From NCBI GenBank assembly GCA_030583845.1, contig CP129478.1:779686-843685 (forward strand): a stretch of DNA of 64,000 bases, written 5' to 3'. Of the stretch, positions 47,385 through 57,557 are shown piece by piece. The stretch is from Candidatus Dojkabacteria bacterium. Its GTDB lineage: Bacteria; Patescibacteriota; Dojkabacteria; SC72; JAHDCA01. Position 1 is the first letter of the stretch, and the number at the start of each line of letters is the position of its first letter. The position numbers were made by a program, and so were the translations under genes. The notes below the pieces were generated by a model, which ran no database searches, had not been told where the DNA came from, and was given only the letters and a program-made list of their open reading frames with translations.

Positions 47385-48113
47385 CTATTGAGAATTGGAT
47401 TTAGTATACAGTTCTCCATCCACCTTCAACACATAGTCCATATTCTCAGCCACGAGCTCGTAGCTCATATCATATGTCTGCATAAATTCCTCATCATAGG
47501 TGTAAACACCGTAAACTGCTAGCTCCTCTAAGGAGCTAGGGTAGTATCCAAAGGCAAAAAAGTAAGTCTCTAGTAAATACTGAGTGTGGGTTGCTATGGT
47601 CACGGGATCTGTGTCCAAGGGCTGCTCATTGCTACCTGATGATAGATCTAGCGGCTCGTAAGAGTAGTCGATCGATCCAGTGTTGGCCTCAATTAAGTAG
47701 CTTTGGCCGTCATTTTGCAGTGTGTACGATACGTTGTAGTCCGAAATGAATTGTGTGTCATAAATCATGTAATCTGGATCTAGCTCCTCAAGAGATTCGG
47801 GGTAGTAACCATAATCCTCATAGTAAAAGTCGAGACTTGCATTGTAGTTCTCGATCGTAGTGTAGAAGAAAACCTGATCTGCATCCTCTGCCAATCTCTC
47901 TGCCCCTTCGGTCATATTCCGGATGAATATAAAGCCAGCATATGTACCGCAACAGCTACACAGTGCAAGAAATGCTAGCACCGCAACTACGATCGCTATT
48001 ACTTTACCATTCTTACTGCTCTTACTTGGTTTAACCTCCTGTGCTTCAACTTTTTTCGTTTCCGTAGGCTTAATCTCAGGTTGAACCTCTTTTTCGGGGA
48101 TAGAATTTTCCAT
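47385..48113 (-). CDS. Membrane-anchored protein with two tandem ~70-aa repeats (GYYP.SLEEL ...)
   Basis: A single TM VIAIVVAVLAFLAL is followed by the repeats YGYYPESLEELDPDYMIYDTQFISDYNVSYTLQNDG and FGYYPSSLEELAVYGVYTYDEEFMQTYDMSYELVAEN. It is a pilin/pseudopilin-like alpha-beta module without a prepilin leader. Confidence 0.4.
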   Translation of the reverse strand: MENSIPEKEVQPEIKPTETKKVEAQEVKPSKSSKNGKVIAIVVAVLAFLALCSCCGTYAGFIFIRNMTEGAERLAEDADQVFFYTTIENYNASLDFYYEDYGYYPESLEELDPDYMIYDTQFISDYNVSYTLQNDGQSYLIEANTGSIDYSYEPLDLSSGSNEQPLDTDPVTIATHTQYLLETYFFAFGYYPSSLEELAVYGVYTYDEEFMQTYDMSYELVAENMDYVLKVDGELYTKSNSQ

Positions 48114-48489
48114 AAAAATTTGTAATAAATTTACTCCTAGCTTTGCTCTACTAAAATTATACTTGTAATTATGGCTCTGTTCAAATATAATTCGAAGAAG
48201 CGACCAGGGAGAGTGTGAGCCTGGGTTTTTGAAGTGACCTCAGCCTTTGTGCTGTGACATGAGTGAAAATTTAATGAAAAGCGGTTGTAGTTTTACAACA
48301 ATCGAGGTGGCACCACGGTGATAATCGTCCTCTTTCTATTGAAATTATTTAGTAGAAAGCGTAGGGCGATTTTGTTTTTTAGCTTCTTAAACAGGTGGCA
48401 GTCGGAAGCTTATTAATTGCTAGGGCAAGGCCAATTGTTTAAGAATCCAAAAAACAAAAATAAGTGAATTAATTTTTGAGTTACACAAA

Positions 48490-50733
48490 ATGGAAACTAA
48501 ATTGGACAGAATATTGGCTCGGTCAACGAGCGAAAAAACCGGAGAGAAAGTTAAAGTATCAGGCTGGGTGGCATCGGTCAGAGACCACGGCCAGCTCCTC
48601 TTTCATCGACCTACGAGACTGGTCGGGACGTGTACAGCTAGTCGTAAACCCTGAGAACAAAGCAGCATTTGAGGTAGCCAAATCATCTGGGCAGCGAGTT
48701 TGTAATATCCGCAACAGGCGAGGTCGTTGAAAGAGACAACTCACTTCTAAATGATAAGCTTGGATACAGGAAAAATCGAGATAATCGTAGACGAGCTGGA
48801 GTTAATCAACAAGACAAAGCCTTTGCCATTCCCGATCGACACAACTGGCCATGAGATCGACGAAAACACTCGACTCGAAGTACCGATACCTAGACCTACG
48901 CCGCGAACGACTCAAGACAAACATGATAAAGCGACACAAGCTGATGCTTGCCGTCCGTCAGTGGATGGACAAGAACGGCTTCACCGAAATTACCACGCCG
49001 CTTCTTACAAGCACATCACCTGAAGGTGCAAGAGACTTCATGGTCCCTTCAAGAATTCATAAAGGGAAATTCTATGTGTTGCCACAGGCACCGCAGCAGT
49101 TTAAGCAGCTGCTCATGGTCGGTGGTATCGATAAATACTTCCAGATTGCACCTTGTGCGCGTGACGAGGACCCAAGAGCCGACAGGCATTACGGTGTGTT
49201 TTATCAGATCGACATTGAGATGAGCTTCCCGACAATCGACAGGCTTTTCTCAACCTGTGAGAACCTGATCAAAGAGACATATAAAACAGTCGCTCCCGAC
49301 AAGGAGATTATGGAATTTCCATTCCCTCGCATTCCACATGCTGAGGCTATGGAGCGTTTCGGCTCTGACAAGCCAGATATCAGATTCGGACTTGAGATGA
49401 AAGATATAACTGAGGTTGTAAAAGACAAAACTGAATTTAACATCTTCAATAGCGCAGAGGTAGTAAAAGCCATTGTGGCTGAGAGGGCAGGTGAGTGGAG
49501 TCGAAAAGAGATTGAGGATATGGAAACATTTCGCTAAAAGGTGAAGGCGCTAAGGGCTTGGCCTACACAAAGGCAGCAGGAGGAAAGCTCGAGGGTGGAA
49601 TTGGTAAATTCCTAGAACCGGTAACAGCAGAGCTTATCGAAGCAACTGGAGCCAAAGATGGTGATCTAATCTTTTTTGGTGCCGACGACCGCAAAATTGT
49701 AAATAAAGTATTAGGACAGGTACGTTCAAAGCTTGGAGACCTACTCGGCTTAAAAGATCCGAAGAAGTTGGCCTTTGCATGGATTACCGACTTTCCAATG
49801 TACGAAATAGACGAAAAGACGGGCAAAATCGACTTTGCTCACAACCCATTCTCGATGCCGAAAGGTGGGCTCGAGGCATTCAACAAGGAAAACCCGCTTG
49901 AGATCGAGTCAAACCAGTACGACGTCACTCTAAACGGCTTCGAGATTCTATCCGGCTCTATTCGAAACCACGACCCAGAGCTGATGGTGAAGGCATTTGA
50001 GATTGTTGGATACGGCGAAGAAGAGGTGAAGCGAAGGTTCGGCGGACTTTACAACGCATTCCAGTATGGAGCACCTCCACACGGAGGCTGGGCTATCGGC
50101 ATCGACCGTATGTTTATGGTATTTACTGAAGAGCCAAACATACGAGACGTTTATGCATTCCCGACAGCTGCAAACGGTGAAGACCTAATGATGAATGCAC
50201 CAAGCGAGGCATATCCAGAAGATCTGCAGGTTCTCGGCATTGAGATATCCGACAAGGGCGATCTAGTTGTGAACCAGATCCGAGAGCTAATAGACGGATC
50301 AGGAGCTGAGTACAAGTTTATGGAGCACGAGCCGGTACGCACATCAGAGCAGGCGGCTAAAATCCGAGGCACGAAAGTGAGTGAGGGTGCCAAGGCATTA
50401 GTGCTCAAATCACTTGAATATGCTGGCAAATACATAATGGTAGTCATCCCTGCTGATAAGCAGCTCGACCTTGAGAAAGTTGAAAAGGTGCTAGGCGAGA
50501 AGTTTGATGTCGCACCTGCCGAAGAGGTTGAGAGCTACACAGGAGTACAGATGGGTGGTGTGCCACCATTTGGTAGGCTGCTAAAGTTGGAGGTGTATTT
50601 CGACAAGCAGATGTGGGAGAAAGAGATGTCAGCCTTCAACTGTGGTAGGAAAGACAGATCCATCTATATGAAAACTTCTGATTTGATAAAACTTGTGCAG
50701 CCTAATAAAATAGCTGAAGAGTATACCAAGTAG
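48490..50733 (+). pseudogene. aspS: Aspartyl-tRNA synthetase with at least 5 frameshifts in its N-terminal half
   Basis: Collinear AspRS segments lie in different frames: METKL...VSGWVASVRDHGQLLF (frame 1), FIDLRDWSGRVQLVVNPENK (frame 2), SEFVISATGEVVERDNSLLNDKL (frame 0), TGKIEIIVDELELINKTKPLPFPID (frame 1), KYRYLDLRRERLK...FYVLPQAPQQFKQLLMVGGIDKYFQIAPCARDED...FR (frame 2), then YGN..GAKGLAYTKAAGGKLEG...FFGADDRKIV...GGLYNAFQYGAPPHGGWAIGIDR through to the end (frame 1). The shifts are near 48603, 48690, 48770, 48870 and 49527, mostly single extra bases in 2-3-nt homopolymers. Confidence 0.75.
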
Positions 50734-50799
50734 CTCTAGGTCCTGTATGAGCGAAAATGTATATCCAATATTAGATTTGCTGCAAAGCAGTGTCGGATC

Positions 50800-51891
50800 A
50801 TGGATAATAAAGCTGCCGAAAACAAGAGCTTGATAAATAGTAGCTTCCCATCTAGGATGGACGATAAGAAGATAGACAATGTCGTCAATCAGGTACATCG
50901 GTCTACTGGCTTTCACTATCCGAGGCGGAGACGACCAATTGTCATTGGCGCAGGAGTATTGCTGCTTCTGACTATATCCGGAATGGCAATCGCAAAGGCT
51001 GGATTTAGCAAGCCCGAAGTGCAATACCTCAGAGTAAGTAGCCCAGCTGAGAATTTCAGCGAAGAGCTCCCGGATGTTGCCGAGCCGTTTGATATGGAAC
51101 TTCGGGTGAGCGAATTAGATTTCACTGAAATAGATGCTTCATCAGTTTATGCCTACAATCCGGAATCGCATCAGGTTTATTATGAGAAGAATATCGATGA
51201 GAAGAGGCAGATCGCTAGCATAACCAAACTAATGACAGCAACAGTAGTGATAGATCAGTACGATTTTGAAAAGGAGATCGAGGTTACAGATGAGATGCTT
51301 GAGAGTTTTCCTGATGAGTTAAGTCATGTGATTGGCTTTGAAGACGGAGATAAGTTGAGCGTGCAAGAGTTGTACGACGCGATGATGATCAACTCATTTA
51401 ACGATGCTGCTGTGCTTTTGGCTGTTCTGCACCCATCAGGATACGATGGATTCGTCGCCGAGATGAATTCTCGTGCAGAGCAACTTGGCATGGCTAATAC
51501 GAAATTTGCGAACCCCCAAGGCTTCGATTCTGACAATAGCTATTCAACAGCTCGTGATGTACAGCGACTTGTCGGCTATGCGATGCAGTATGAAGAGATA
51601 ATGAGTGCAGCTCAGACTGTTAGCTCGCAGATGACGATAGAGCATGCAAATGGTGAAGTTGAGCAGGTCGACCTTGAATCAACCAACAAACTTCTTGGCA
51701 GACTGAAATATATGAAAGGGCTTAAAACAGGGTATACAGCTGAAGCAGGACCATCTCTTGTGGGTTACTTCGACGCAGGTGCAGAGGAGAAACTTGTAAC
51801 AATCGTCTTGGGTGGGAATGATAATCGATTTGATCTGACTGAAGAGCTTTACTACTTGCTTGGCAAGTCCTACTCACCCCCACCCCGCTAA
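50800..51891 (+). CDS. D-alanyl-D-alanine carboxypeptidase (PBP5/6-like, peptidase S11)
   Basis: An N-terminal TM precedes the SxxK motif SITK, the SxN motif SFNDAA and the KTG motif KTGYT. Confidence 0.8.
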   Translation: MDNKAAENKSLINSSFPSRMDDKKIDNVVNQVHRSTGFHYPRRRRPIVIGAGVLLLLTISGMAIAKAGFSKPEVQYLRVSSPAENFSEELPDVAEPFDMELRVSELDFTEIDASSVYAYNPESHQVYYEKNIDEKRQIASITKLMTATVVIDQYDFEKEIEVTDEMLESFPDELSHVIGFEDGDKLSVQELYDAMMINSFNDAAVLLAVLHPSGYDGFVAEMNSRAEQLGMANTKFANPQGFDSDNSYSTARDVQRLVGYAMQYEEIMSAAQTVSSQMTIEHANGEVEQVDLESTNKLLGRLKYMKGLKTGYTAEAGPSLVGYFDAGAEEKLVTIVLGGNDNRFDLTEELYYLLGKSYSPPPR

Positions 51892-51998
51892 CCTATAGCG
51901 ATGTCGGATCCCCAGATGATTAATTTCTGTTAAGGCCTTCAGGATAAAATCAGGATAATTTCCCTTTCTATATCCGCTATAGGTTAGCGGGGTGGGGG
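51876..51998. repeat. Inverted-repeat element, family CCCCGCTAACCTATAG (copy c)
   Basis: 24-bp TIRs CCCCCACCCCGCTAACCTATAGCG...CGCTATAGGTTAGCGGGGTGGGGG enclose ~75 nt. The left arm supplies the TAA stop of the carboxypeptidase gene. Confidence 0.65.
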
Positions 51999-52000
51999 AA

Positions 52001-53311
52001 TTACTGCTCTTCGGTAGTAGCCTCGACAGGTGCAGGATCTTGCAAGTTCTCATAATCGATCGCCGGAATATAGTAGTAGAACCTTCCCACTGCACCAGAA
52101 TCAAAAAATGCTTCCCCAATTACGATATAGATTGGCTGCATGAAATCGCGCTTCTCGCGCTCGTCTAAGTACGCAATTCGCACATCATTAACTGCCAGTT
52201 TGCCTACCGACTGAGGGGTATATGGCACAACATCATCACCATCTTTCTCGTTTAGATAGACAAGGCTTCCTTCCCCTTTGGCGATTCTGTTAGATACCTC
52301 GGTTGCTGAGATAAGAGGGTATGTACCACATGGCTCTGGCTCTACTATCCATGCATAATACTCGAGGCCGTACACTTCCTGCACATTTGGACTGGTCTCT
52401 TCAACCTGCTCGTTGGATGGCCCGATATAGATCGAAATATTCGATCGCTGCGTATCTTCATGCACTACCTCTGTGCTGAAGTTATATAGGTCAGCCTTGC
52501 CCTCATCTGTGCTAATCTGCTCGGCGCTATAGTCATAGTTGTGGAATTCCTGTTGTAGCTCCTCTTTTATCTCCTCGGCTCCGTCGATGTTGCTCGGGAC
52601 AGAGATAAATGGCTTTGTTCTATAGAAATCTACTCTAATTAGCTCAGCATCTCCGCGTGACCGTGCCTCAGAGAAGCTTCCATCAGGCTCGATATTTATA
52701 TCTGTAGTCTGTGGCTCCTCGGTTTTGTAATCTTGTAACATCCAGCCGTTGCTTTGGAGGAAGCTAATTGCCATCTGCTTTGCCTGTTCTGAGGTTGGCA
52801 ATTCGCCATCTGATGGGATTGCATTTGAATTTTTAAAATTCACCGACATTGTGAAATTTAATGAAGCTGCCTGTACTACAAGTGATCGACCAAAAGCATC
52901 CTCTTCCCAATAATATTCTGAAGCACCGCGCCTCTTGATCTGCTCGGGCTGGAAGCCGAATTTTAATGCGATCTTCTTGGCTTCATTTTGTGCACCTAAA
53001 AGCGCACCAGGGTTGTCATAAGCATAAACATTGGCAATGAGTGGGAGTTCTTCAATCTTACCGGTAGCCGTTTCGATTGTGAAAAATGGCTCATCTCCGC
53101 CAGAAAGTTCGAGGCTTGGTATCGATAGCCGGTGCTCCTGGAATTGCTCTTTTGTGTCTGTACAGGTATATGTTGGCTTCAAGTACCTTGGTACTGCGCT
53201 TTCCTCGGGCCAGTTCACAACGATAAGTGTAATCACTATGAAGGCACCAAATAGCACTGCACCAATCACTCCTAATCTTCTTGTCCAGTATGCTGATTCA
53301 GTTAATGTCAT
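52001..53311 (-). CDS. Hypothetical membrane-anchored extracytoplasmic protein (436 aa)
   Basis: It has one N-terminal TM and a large soluble domain. No family was recognised. Confidence 0.4.
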   Translation of the reverse strand: MTLTESAYWTRRLGVIGAVLFGAFIVITLIVVNWPEESAVPRYLKPTYTCTDTKEQFQEHRLSIPSLELSGGDEPFFTIETATGKIEELPLIANVYAYDNPGALLGAQNEAKKIALKFGFQPEQIKRRGASEYYWEEDAFGRSLVVQAASLNFTMSVNFKNSNAIPSDGELPTSEQAKQMAISFLQSNGWMLQDYKTEEPQTTDINIEPDGSFSEARSRGDAELIRVDFYRTKPFISVPSNIDGAEEIKEELQQEFHNYDYSAEQISTDEGKADLYNFSTEVVHEDTQRSNISIYIGPSNEQVEETSPNVQEVYGLEYYAWIVEPEPCGTYPLISATEVSNRIAKGEGSLVYLNEKDGDDVVPYTPQSVGKLAVNDVRIAYLDEREKRDFMQPIYIVIGEAFFDSGAVGRFYYYIPAIDYENLQDPAPVEATTEEQ

Positions 53312-53399
53312 CTCAGCTCGTTAATTCTAATTTGATAAGATATAATAGCACAGGAAATCAGTGTGATCATACATGATTTAGATTAAGAGAGGTTTACAC

Positions 53400-54974
53400 A
53401 TGGGAGACAAAAATGGTGGAGTTATTCGCGGTCGTGCAGCACCTAGCCCAACAGGGCGTGTTCATATCGGCAATATGCGTACTTTCCTTTTTAATTCGCT
53501 GTTTATTCGCCATAACAATGGCATAAATGTGCTTCGAGTTGAGGATACGGACCAGAAAAGGTCGGTAGAGAAGGGATTGGAGGGCATAATAGAGGTGCTC
53601 GAGCAGTACGGCATTACATTCCAGGAAGGGCCACACGTTGGAGGTGAGTATGGTCCATATGTGCAAACCGAGCGAAAAGATAGCTATAAAGAGGTAGCTG
53701 AAAAGCTTGTTAATGATGGGAATGCCTACTACTGCTTCTGCAGCTCCGAAAGGTTGGCGGCACTTAGAGAAGATCAAGTGAAGAATAAGGTTAAGCCAGG
53801 CTACGATCGGCATTGTCGAGACATAGCATCGGATGAGGCTCGCAAAAGAGTCGAGGCAGGAGAATCTCATGTTATCCGCCTAAAATTTCCAACTGAGGGT
53901 GAATTCAGGTATGACGACATTGTTTTCGGAGAGCTGAAGTTCAAGAACAAGGATATGGAAGATATCGTTATCTTGAAAAGCGATGGGCTGCCTACTTATA
54001 ACTTCGGCGTCGTAGTAGATGACCATGCAATGGCGATAACTCATGCAATGCGAGCCCGTGAATACCTCTCAGAGATCCCAAAAAATATCTTTATATACCG
54101 CTCGCTGGGCTGGGAGCCAGCAAGATATATCCATGTGCCAGAGGTGCTTAACCCAGATGGGAAAGGAAAGCTAAGTAAGCGCAAAGGTGCATTGCCTGCT
54201 ATCTCCTATCTCCGTAAAGGATACCTAGTTGAGGCTATGATTAATTTCCTGGCGCTGCTTGGCTGGTCACCATCACCGGAAAACGCCCACGAGGATGAGA
54301 TCTATAGCGAAGATGAGCTGGTAAAATTTTTTGATGAGTCCAGAATTAATCGTGCCCCTGCTCGTTTTGACCAGCGCAAGCTTGATTATATGAATGGGAA
54401 GCATATTCGAGCTATGAGCATCGACCAGTTGGCAGATCGTGTAGTTAGGTGGGCTGAGGATCTGGTATTAAAGGAGTTTATAACCGACATGTACGAGGAG
54501 AAGATGGAGTGGGAAGTAGCGCTTAAAGCCTCGGTAGAAAGTGCCTTGCCAAAATGGAAGGCAGATATGGAGTATTTCAAGAAGGCTTTGACACTGGTAC
54601 ACGAGCGGCTTGTTTACCTAAGCGAGATCCCTGAGCTTCTCAACTTTATCTATGCAGATGAACTGGAGATGTCTGACGAGGTATGGAACTTCAAGAATCA
54701 CGACAAGGCAGAGACAGCTGCTGCGCTAAAAGGTGTTCTACCAAAGCTAGACGAGGTATTTGCCAACGGAGTGAATGACCATGAGGCATGGGAAGAGAGT
54801 GTAAGGGGCTATGCGGATGAGATCGGGTGGAAGCATGGCGATCTTTTCATGGCAATCCGATCGGCCACAACGGGTGCAGTTAAGAGTCCACCGCTTTTTG
54901 AGAGTTTCCAGGTAATGGGATGGGAAAAGGGAAGAGGGTTTATGGAAGCCGCGGTCAAATATCTTGAGTCTTAA
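53400..54974 (+). CDS. gltX: Glutamyl-tRNA synthetase
   Basis: The class I HIGH motif is PSPTGRVHIGN and the KMSKS motif is KLSKRKG. It has GluRS-type architecture. Confidence 0.9.
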   Translation: MGDKNGGVIRGRAAPSPTGRVHIGNMRTFLFNSLFIRHNNGINVLRVEDTDQKRSVEKGLEGIIEVLEQYGITFQEGPHVGGEYGPYVQTERKDSYKEVAEKLVNDGNAYYCFCSSERLAALREDQVKNKVKPGYDRHCRDIASDEARKRVEAGESHVIRLKFPTEGEFRYDDIVFGELKFKNKDMEDIVILKSDGLPTYNFGVVVDDHAMAITHAMRAREYLSEIPKNIFIYRSLGWEPARYIHVPEVLNPDGKGKLSKRKGALPAISYLRKGYLVEAMINFLALLGWSPSPENAHEDEIYSEDELVKFFDESRINRAPARFDQRKLDYMNGKHIRAMSIDQLADRVVRWAEDLVLKEFITDMYEEKMEWEVALKASVESALPKWKADMEYFKKALTLVHERLVYLSEIPELLNFIYADELEMSDEVWNFKNHDKAETAAALKGVLPKLDEVFANGVNDHEAWEESVRGYADEIGWKHGDLFMAIRSATTGAVKSPPLFESFQVMGWEKGRGFMEAAVKYLES

Positions 54975-55038
54975 GACTCTCGGAATTTCGCTTGATAGAG
55001 GGTTATTTGTTTGGTAAACTATGTCCGTTAATCGACAT

Positions 55039-55109
55039 TGCCGGGTCGTCTAACGGTAGGACGTTGGTTTCTGGCACCAATAATCGGGGTTCGAATCCCT
55101 GCCTGGCAA
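55039..55109 (+). tRNA. tRNA-Gln (CTG); CCA not encoded
   Basis: The hand fold has a U1:A72 acceptor TGCCGGG/CCTGGCA, a D-arm like bacterial Glu/Gln tRNAs, anticodon stem TTGGT/ACCAA with loop TTCTGGC, and T-loop GGTTCGAATCC. Confidence 0.7.
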
Positions 55110-55131
55110 CTTTACATTTCAAAGCTTCAGA

Positions 55132-55281
55132 ATGATTAAAGCAATCTGTTTCGATCTCGATGGAGTATATTTCACACCTGATAGTTTCAAGCGATTTGTA
55201 GAGGCGATGAGCGTCAACTCTACGATCGAAAGAGCTGAGTTTGTCCTTAATGAGCTGGCCAAGCTAGGCGTAGTACTATAG
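55132..55281 (+). pseudogene. N-terminal fragment (49 aa) of a HAD-family hydrolase
   Basis: MIKAICFDLDGVYFTPDSF... carries HAD motif I DxDG, then stops after 49 aa. It is 23 nt downstream of tRNA-Gln. Confidence 0.4.
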
Positions 55282-55324
55282 TGAAGAGAGTGCCCCATAT
55301 TGAGACAAAGCGTATAATCCTGGT

Positions 55325-56545
55325 ATGTCATTCAGAAGACGATTAATAAATATCCTCTGGCTTACAATGCTCGCCGGAATCTGTGGAGTTATAATAACCT
55401 CTATATTTCTCTACGATAGAAGCAAGACTCAAGATCGAATCAAGGGAAGCTCTGTAATTGCTACCGATCCAGCAACTGTTGAGGAGGAAGCGGTGTCTGA
55501 CATTCCCCCGTGCTGCGACGCACAGATTGCAGCATACATATCCCAGATGAGTCTTGAAGAGAAGGTTGGGCAGCTTTTCATATTCGGATTTCAGGGAAAT
55601 ACTCCAACCCCTCACATTTTGCGCTATGTGAGTGAGTATAAAATCGGTGGGGTGATGCTTCTATTCTATAACCTTCCCGACGATCCTACTGCCAGAAATA
55701 ATATCGCAGCGCTAAACTCTCATGCTGTATCTACCGGTAATAGCATCCCACTATTTATGGCTGTCGACCAGGAAGGCGGTACTGTGAATGCGTTTAGATA
55801 CTGGGATGCAGCACAAAAGATTGGTCAGAAGCAGCTTGAAAGCGAGCAACAGGCCAAAGAGGTTGCAATTGCGAGATCGAATGCCCTCAAATCTATGGGT
55901 GTGAATATAAATTTCGCCCCGACGGCGGATTACATAACAAATCCAGCGTCATTTCTATACAGGAGGAGCTTTGCGGGTGATTCGGGAAATGTCGGTAAGA
56001 TGGCAAGCGCTATGATATCTGGAGCTGATGAAGCAGGGATTGTGACTAACCTTAAGCATTTCCCTGGGCATACTAATTATGCTGTAGATACACACAAAAA
56101 TCTGGCCTCATTTACTGTGCCAGAGCAAGAGATGCAAGAGTCATTAAATAGTTTCTCGATTTCATTAAAAAATGCAGATCCGGATATAGTAATGATGGCA
56201 CATGTGAGGTACGAAAACTACGACAGTGAGGATATTGCCTCGATGTCAGACTTCTGGATTAGTGAAAAGCTGAGGGGAGAGCAGCAGTATAATGGCATAG
56301 TAATTACAGATGATATGACTATGAAATCTGTGACTAAAACTTATGGCGTAAACGATGCTGCAGTGAAGGCGATATTAGCAGGCAATGATATTCTTCTGTA
56401 CGTTGGCTCGCCAGATATGCAATCTGATGCATACAACGCTGTCATAAATGCCGTGCATGATGGTACAATTAGTGAAGAGAGGATTAACCAGTCACTCTTT
56501 AGAATTCTGAAGCTGAAAAATGAGAAGCTAGGGATGCAATTTTAG
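55325..56545 (+). CDS. Glycoside hydrolase family 3 beta-N-acetylhexosaminidase (NagZ-like), membrane anchored
   Basis: An N-terminal TM precedes GH3 N-domain motifs VGQLFIFGF, LFMAVDQEGG and KHFPGHT. Confidence 0.8.
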   Translation: MSFRRRLINILWLTMLAGICGVIITSIFLYDRSKTQDRIKGSSVIATDPATVEEEAVSDIPPCCDAQIAAYISQMSLEEKVGQLFIFGFQGNTPTPHILRYVSEYKIGGVMLLFYNLPDDPTARNNIAALNSHAVSTGNSIPLFMAVDQEGGTVNAFRYWDAAQKIGQKQLESEQQAKEVAIARSNALKSMGVNINFAPTADYITNPASFLYRRSFAGDSGNVGKMASAMISGADEAGIVTNLKHFPGHTNYAVDTHKNLASFTVPEQEMQESLNSFSISLKNADPDIVMMAHVRYENYDSEDIASMSDFWISEKLRGEQQYNGIVITDDMTMKSVTKTYGVNDAAVKAILAGNDILLYVGSPDMQSDAYNAVINAVHDGTISEERINQSLFRILKLKNEKLGMQF

Positions 56546-56557
56546 CTACTGCCACAA

Positions 56558-57196
56558 ATGAAGATTTTTAATAGCTCAATATTTGACAGGCAAAACAATG
56601 GTAGGGTGTTGATAATACTTCTGGGCGTCAGTGTGACCCTAATGCTCTCGGCCGCATCTGATAAGATTATCAGCAGCTCGTTTCCTCATAGATTGGTGGT
56701 AGACGATATTATATTCAGGCTTTTTGCTACACCACGATCGCTTATCTTCGAGTATTACACTGACGTAGTACTTATAAGCATGATAGCGATCACAGTCTGG
56801 GCTTGGAAAGACGATATGAAGCAGTATTTCCCATATCTGGCTGTAAATGCATGTCTCTTCTACAGCACAAGAGCGATTATAAATGTGCTGACACCTCTTC
56901 AGAGGCCTCTTGGTGATGCTATATCGCATGGGTTGCTTCGGGATATCGCGATACAGTACGGGATGTTCCCTTCGGGGCATGTCGGCTTCGCTGTCTTGCT
57001 TTTTCTGCTCACCAAGGATCGTATAGAGATGAACCTTCGCAACATATTATTTGTGTTAATTGCCTTTCAAGCCCTGCTCATGGTAATTACTCGCGGACAT
57101 TACAGTATAGATGTGGTAGGCGGGATACTGCTGGCGTATTTTGTGTATAAAATCCTGCAGCCGTACAAGGAGAGATTGGTCTTCTACAGCAAGTAG
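56558..57196 (+). CDS. PAP2-family membrane phosphatase
   Basis: The motifs are ...LQRPLGD..., FPSGHVGFA and TRGHYSIDVVGG, i.e. KxxxxxxRP / PSGH / SRxxxxxHxxxD-like, over ~6 TM. Confidence 0.7.
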   Translation: MKIFNSSIFDRQNNGRVLIILLGVSVTLMLSAASDKIISSSFPHRLVVDDIIFRLFATPRSLIFEYYTDVVLISMIAITVWAWKDDMKQYFPYLAVNACLFYSTRAIINVLTPLQRPLGDAISHGLLRDIAIQYGMFPSGHVGFAVLLFLLTKDRIEMNLRNILFVLIAFQALLMVITRGHYSIDVVGGILLAYFVYKILQPYKERLVFYSK

Positions 57197-57250
57197 CCGA
57201 TATGGTAATATGGTGGACATGCCCGCCTAAGTTAAAAGTATGAAATAAGT

Positions 57251-57529
57251 ATGAAGAGAGGAATAATCGAGGTGTCACATGCGGAAGTTGATGAGATTTT
57301 GAAAAGGGTTTCGCCTGCTGTGTATGAAGGCACTCCACTTGAGTCCAAGCTAAATGCAATAATGATTTCAGACGTTGATCCAGTTAATCTGGAGATATCC
57401 GCCGAGGAGCTCGAAGTAATTCTGGATGAGATAGCCATACCTGATCCGGCAAATGACACCGAAGACATCAAATCTATCAGGAGGAAGATTCAGCAGAAAA
57501 TATTAGAATTTCACGGTAACGGGGAATAA
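57251..57529 (+). CDS. Hypothetical small acidic protein (92 aa)
   Basis: The ORF is intact; no family was recognised. Confidence 0.3.
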   Translation: MKRGIIEVSHAEVDEILKRVSPAVYEGTPLESKLNAIMISDVDPVNLEISAEELEVILDEIAIPDPANDTEDIKSIRRKIQQKILEFHGNGE

Positions 57530-57557
57530 GTACGAGGCTAATGAATTTCTGTTAGCC

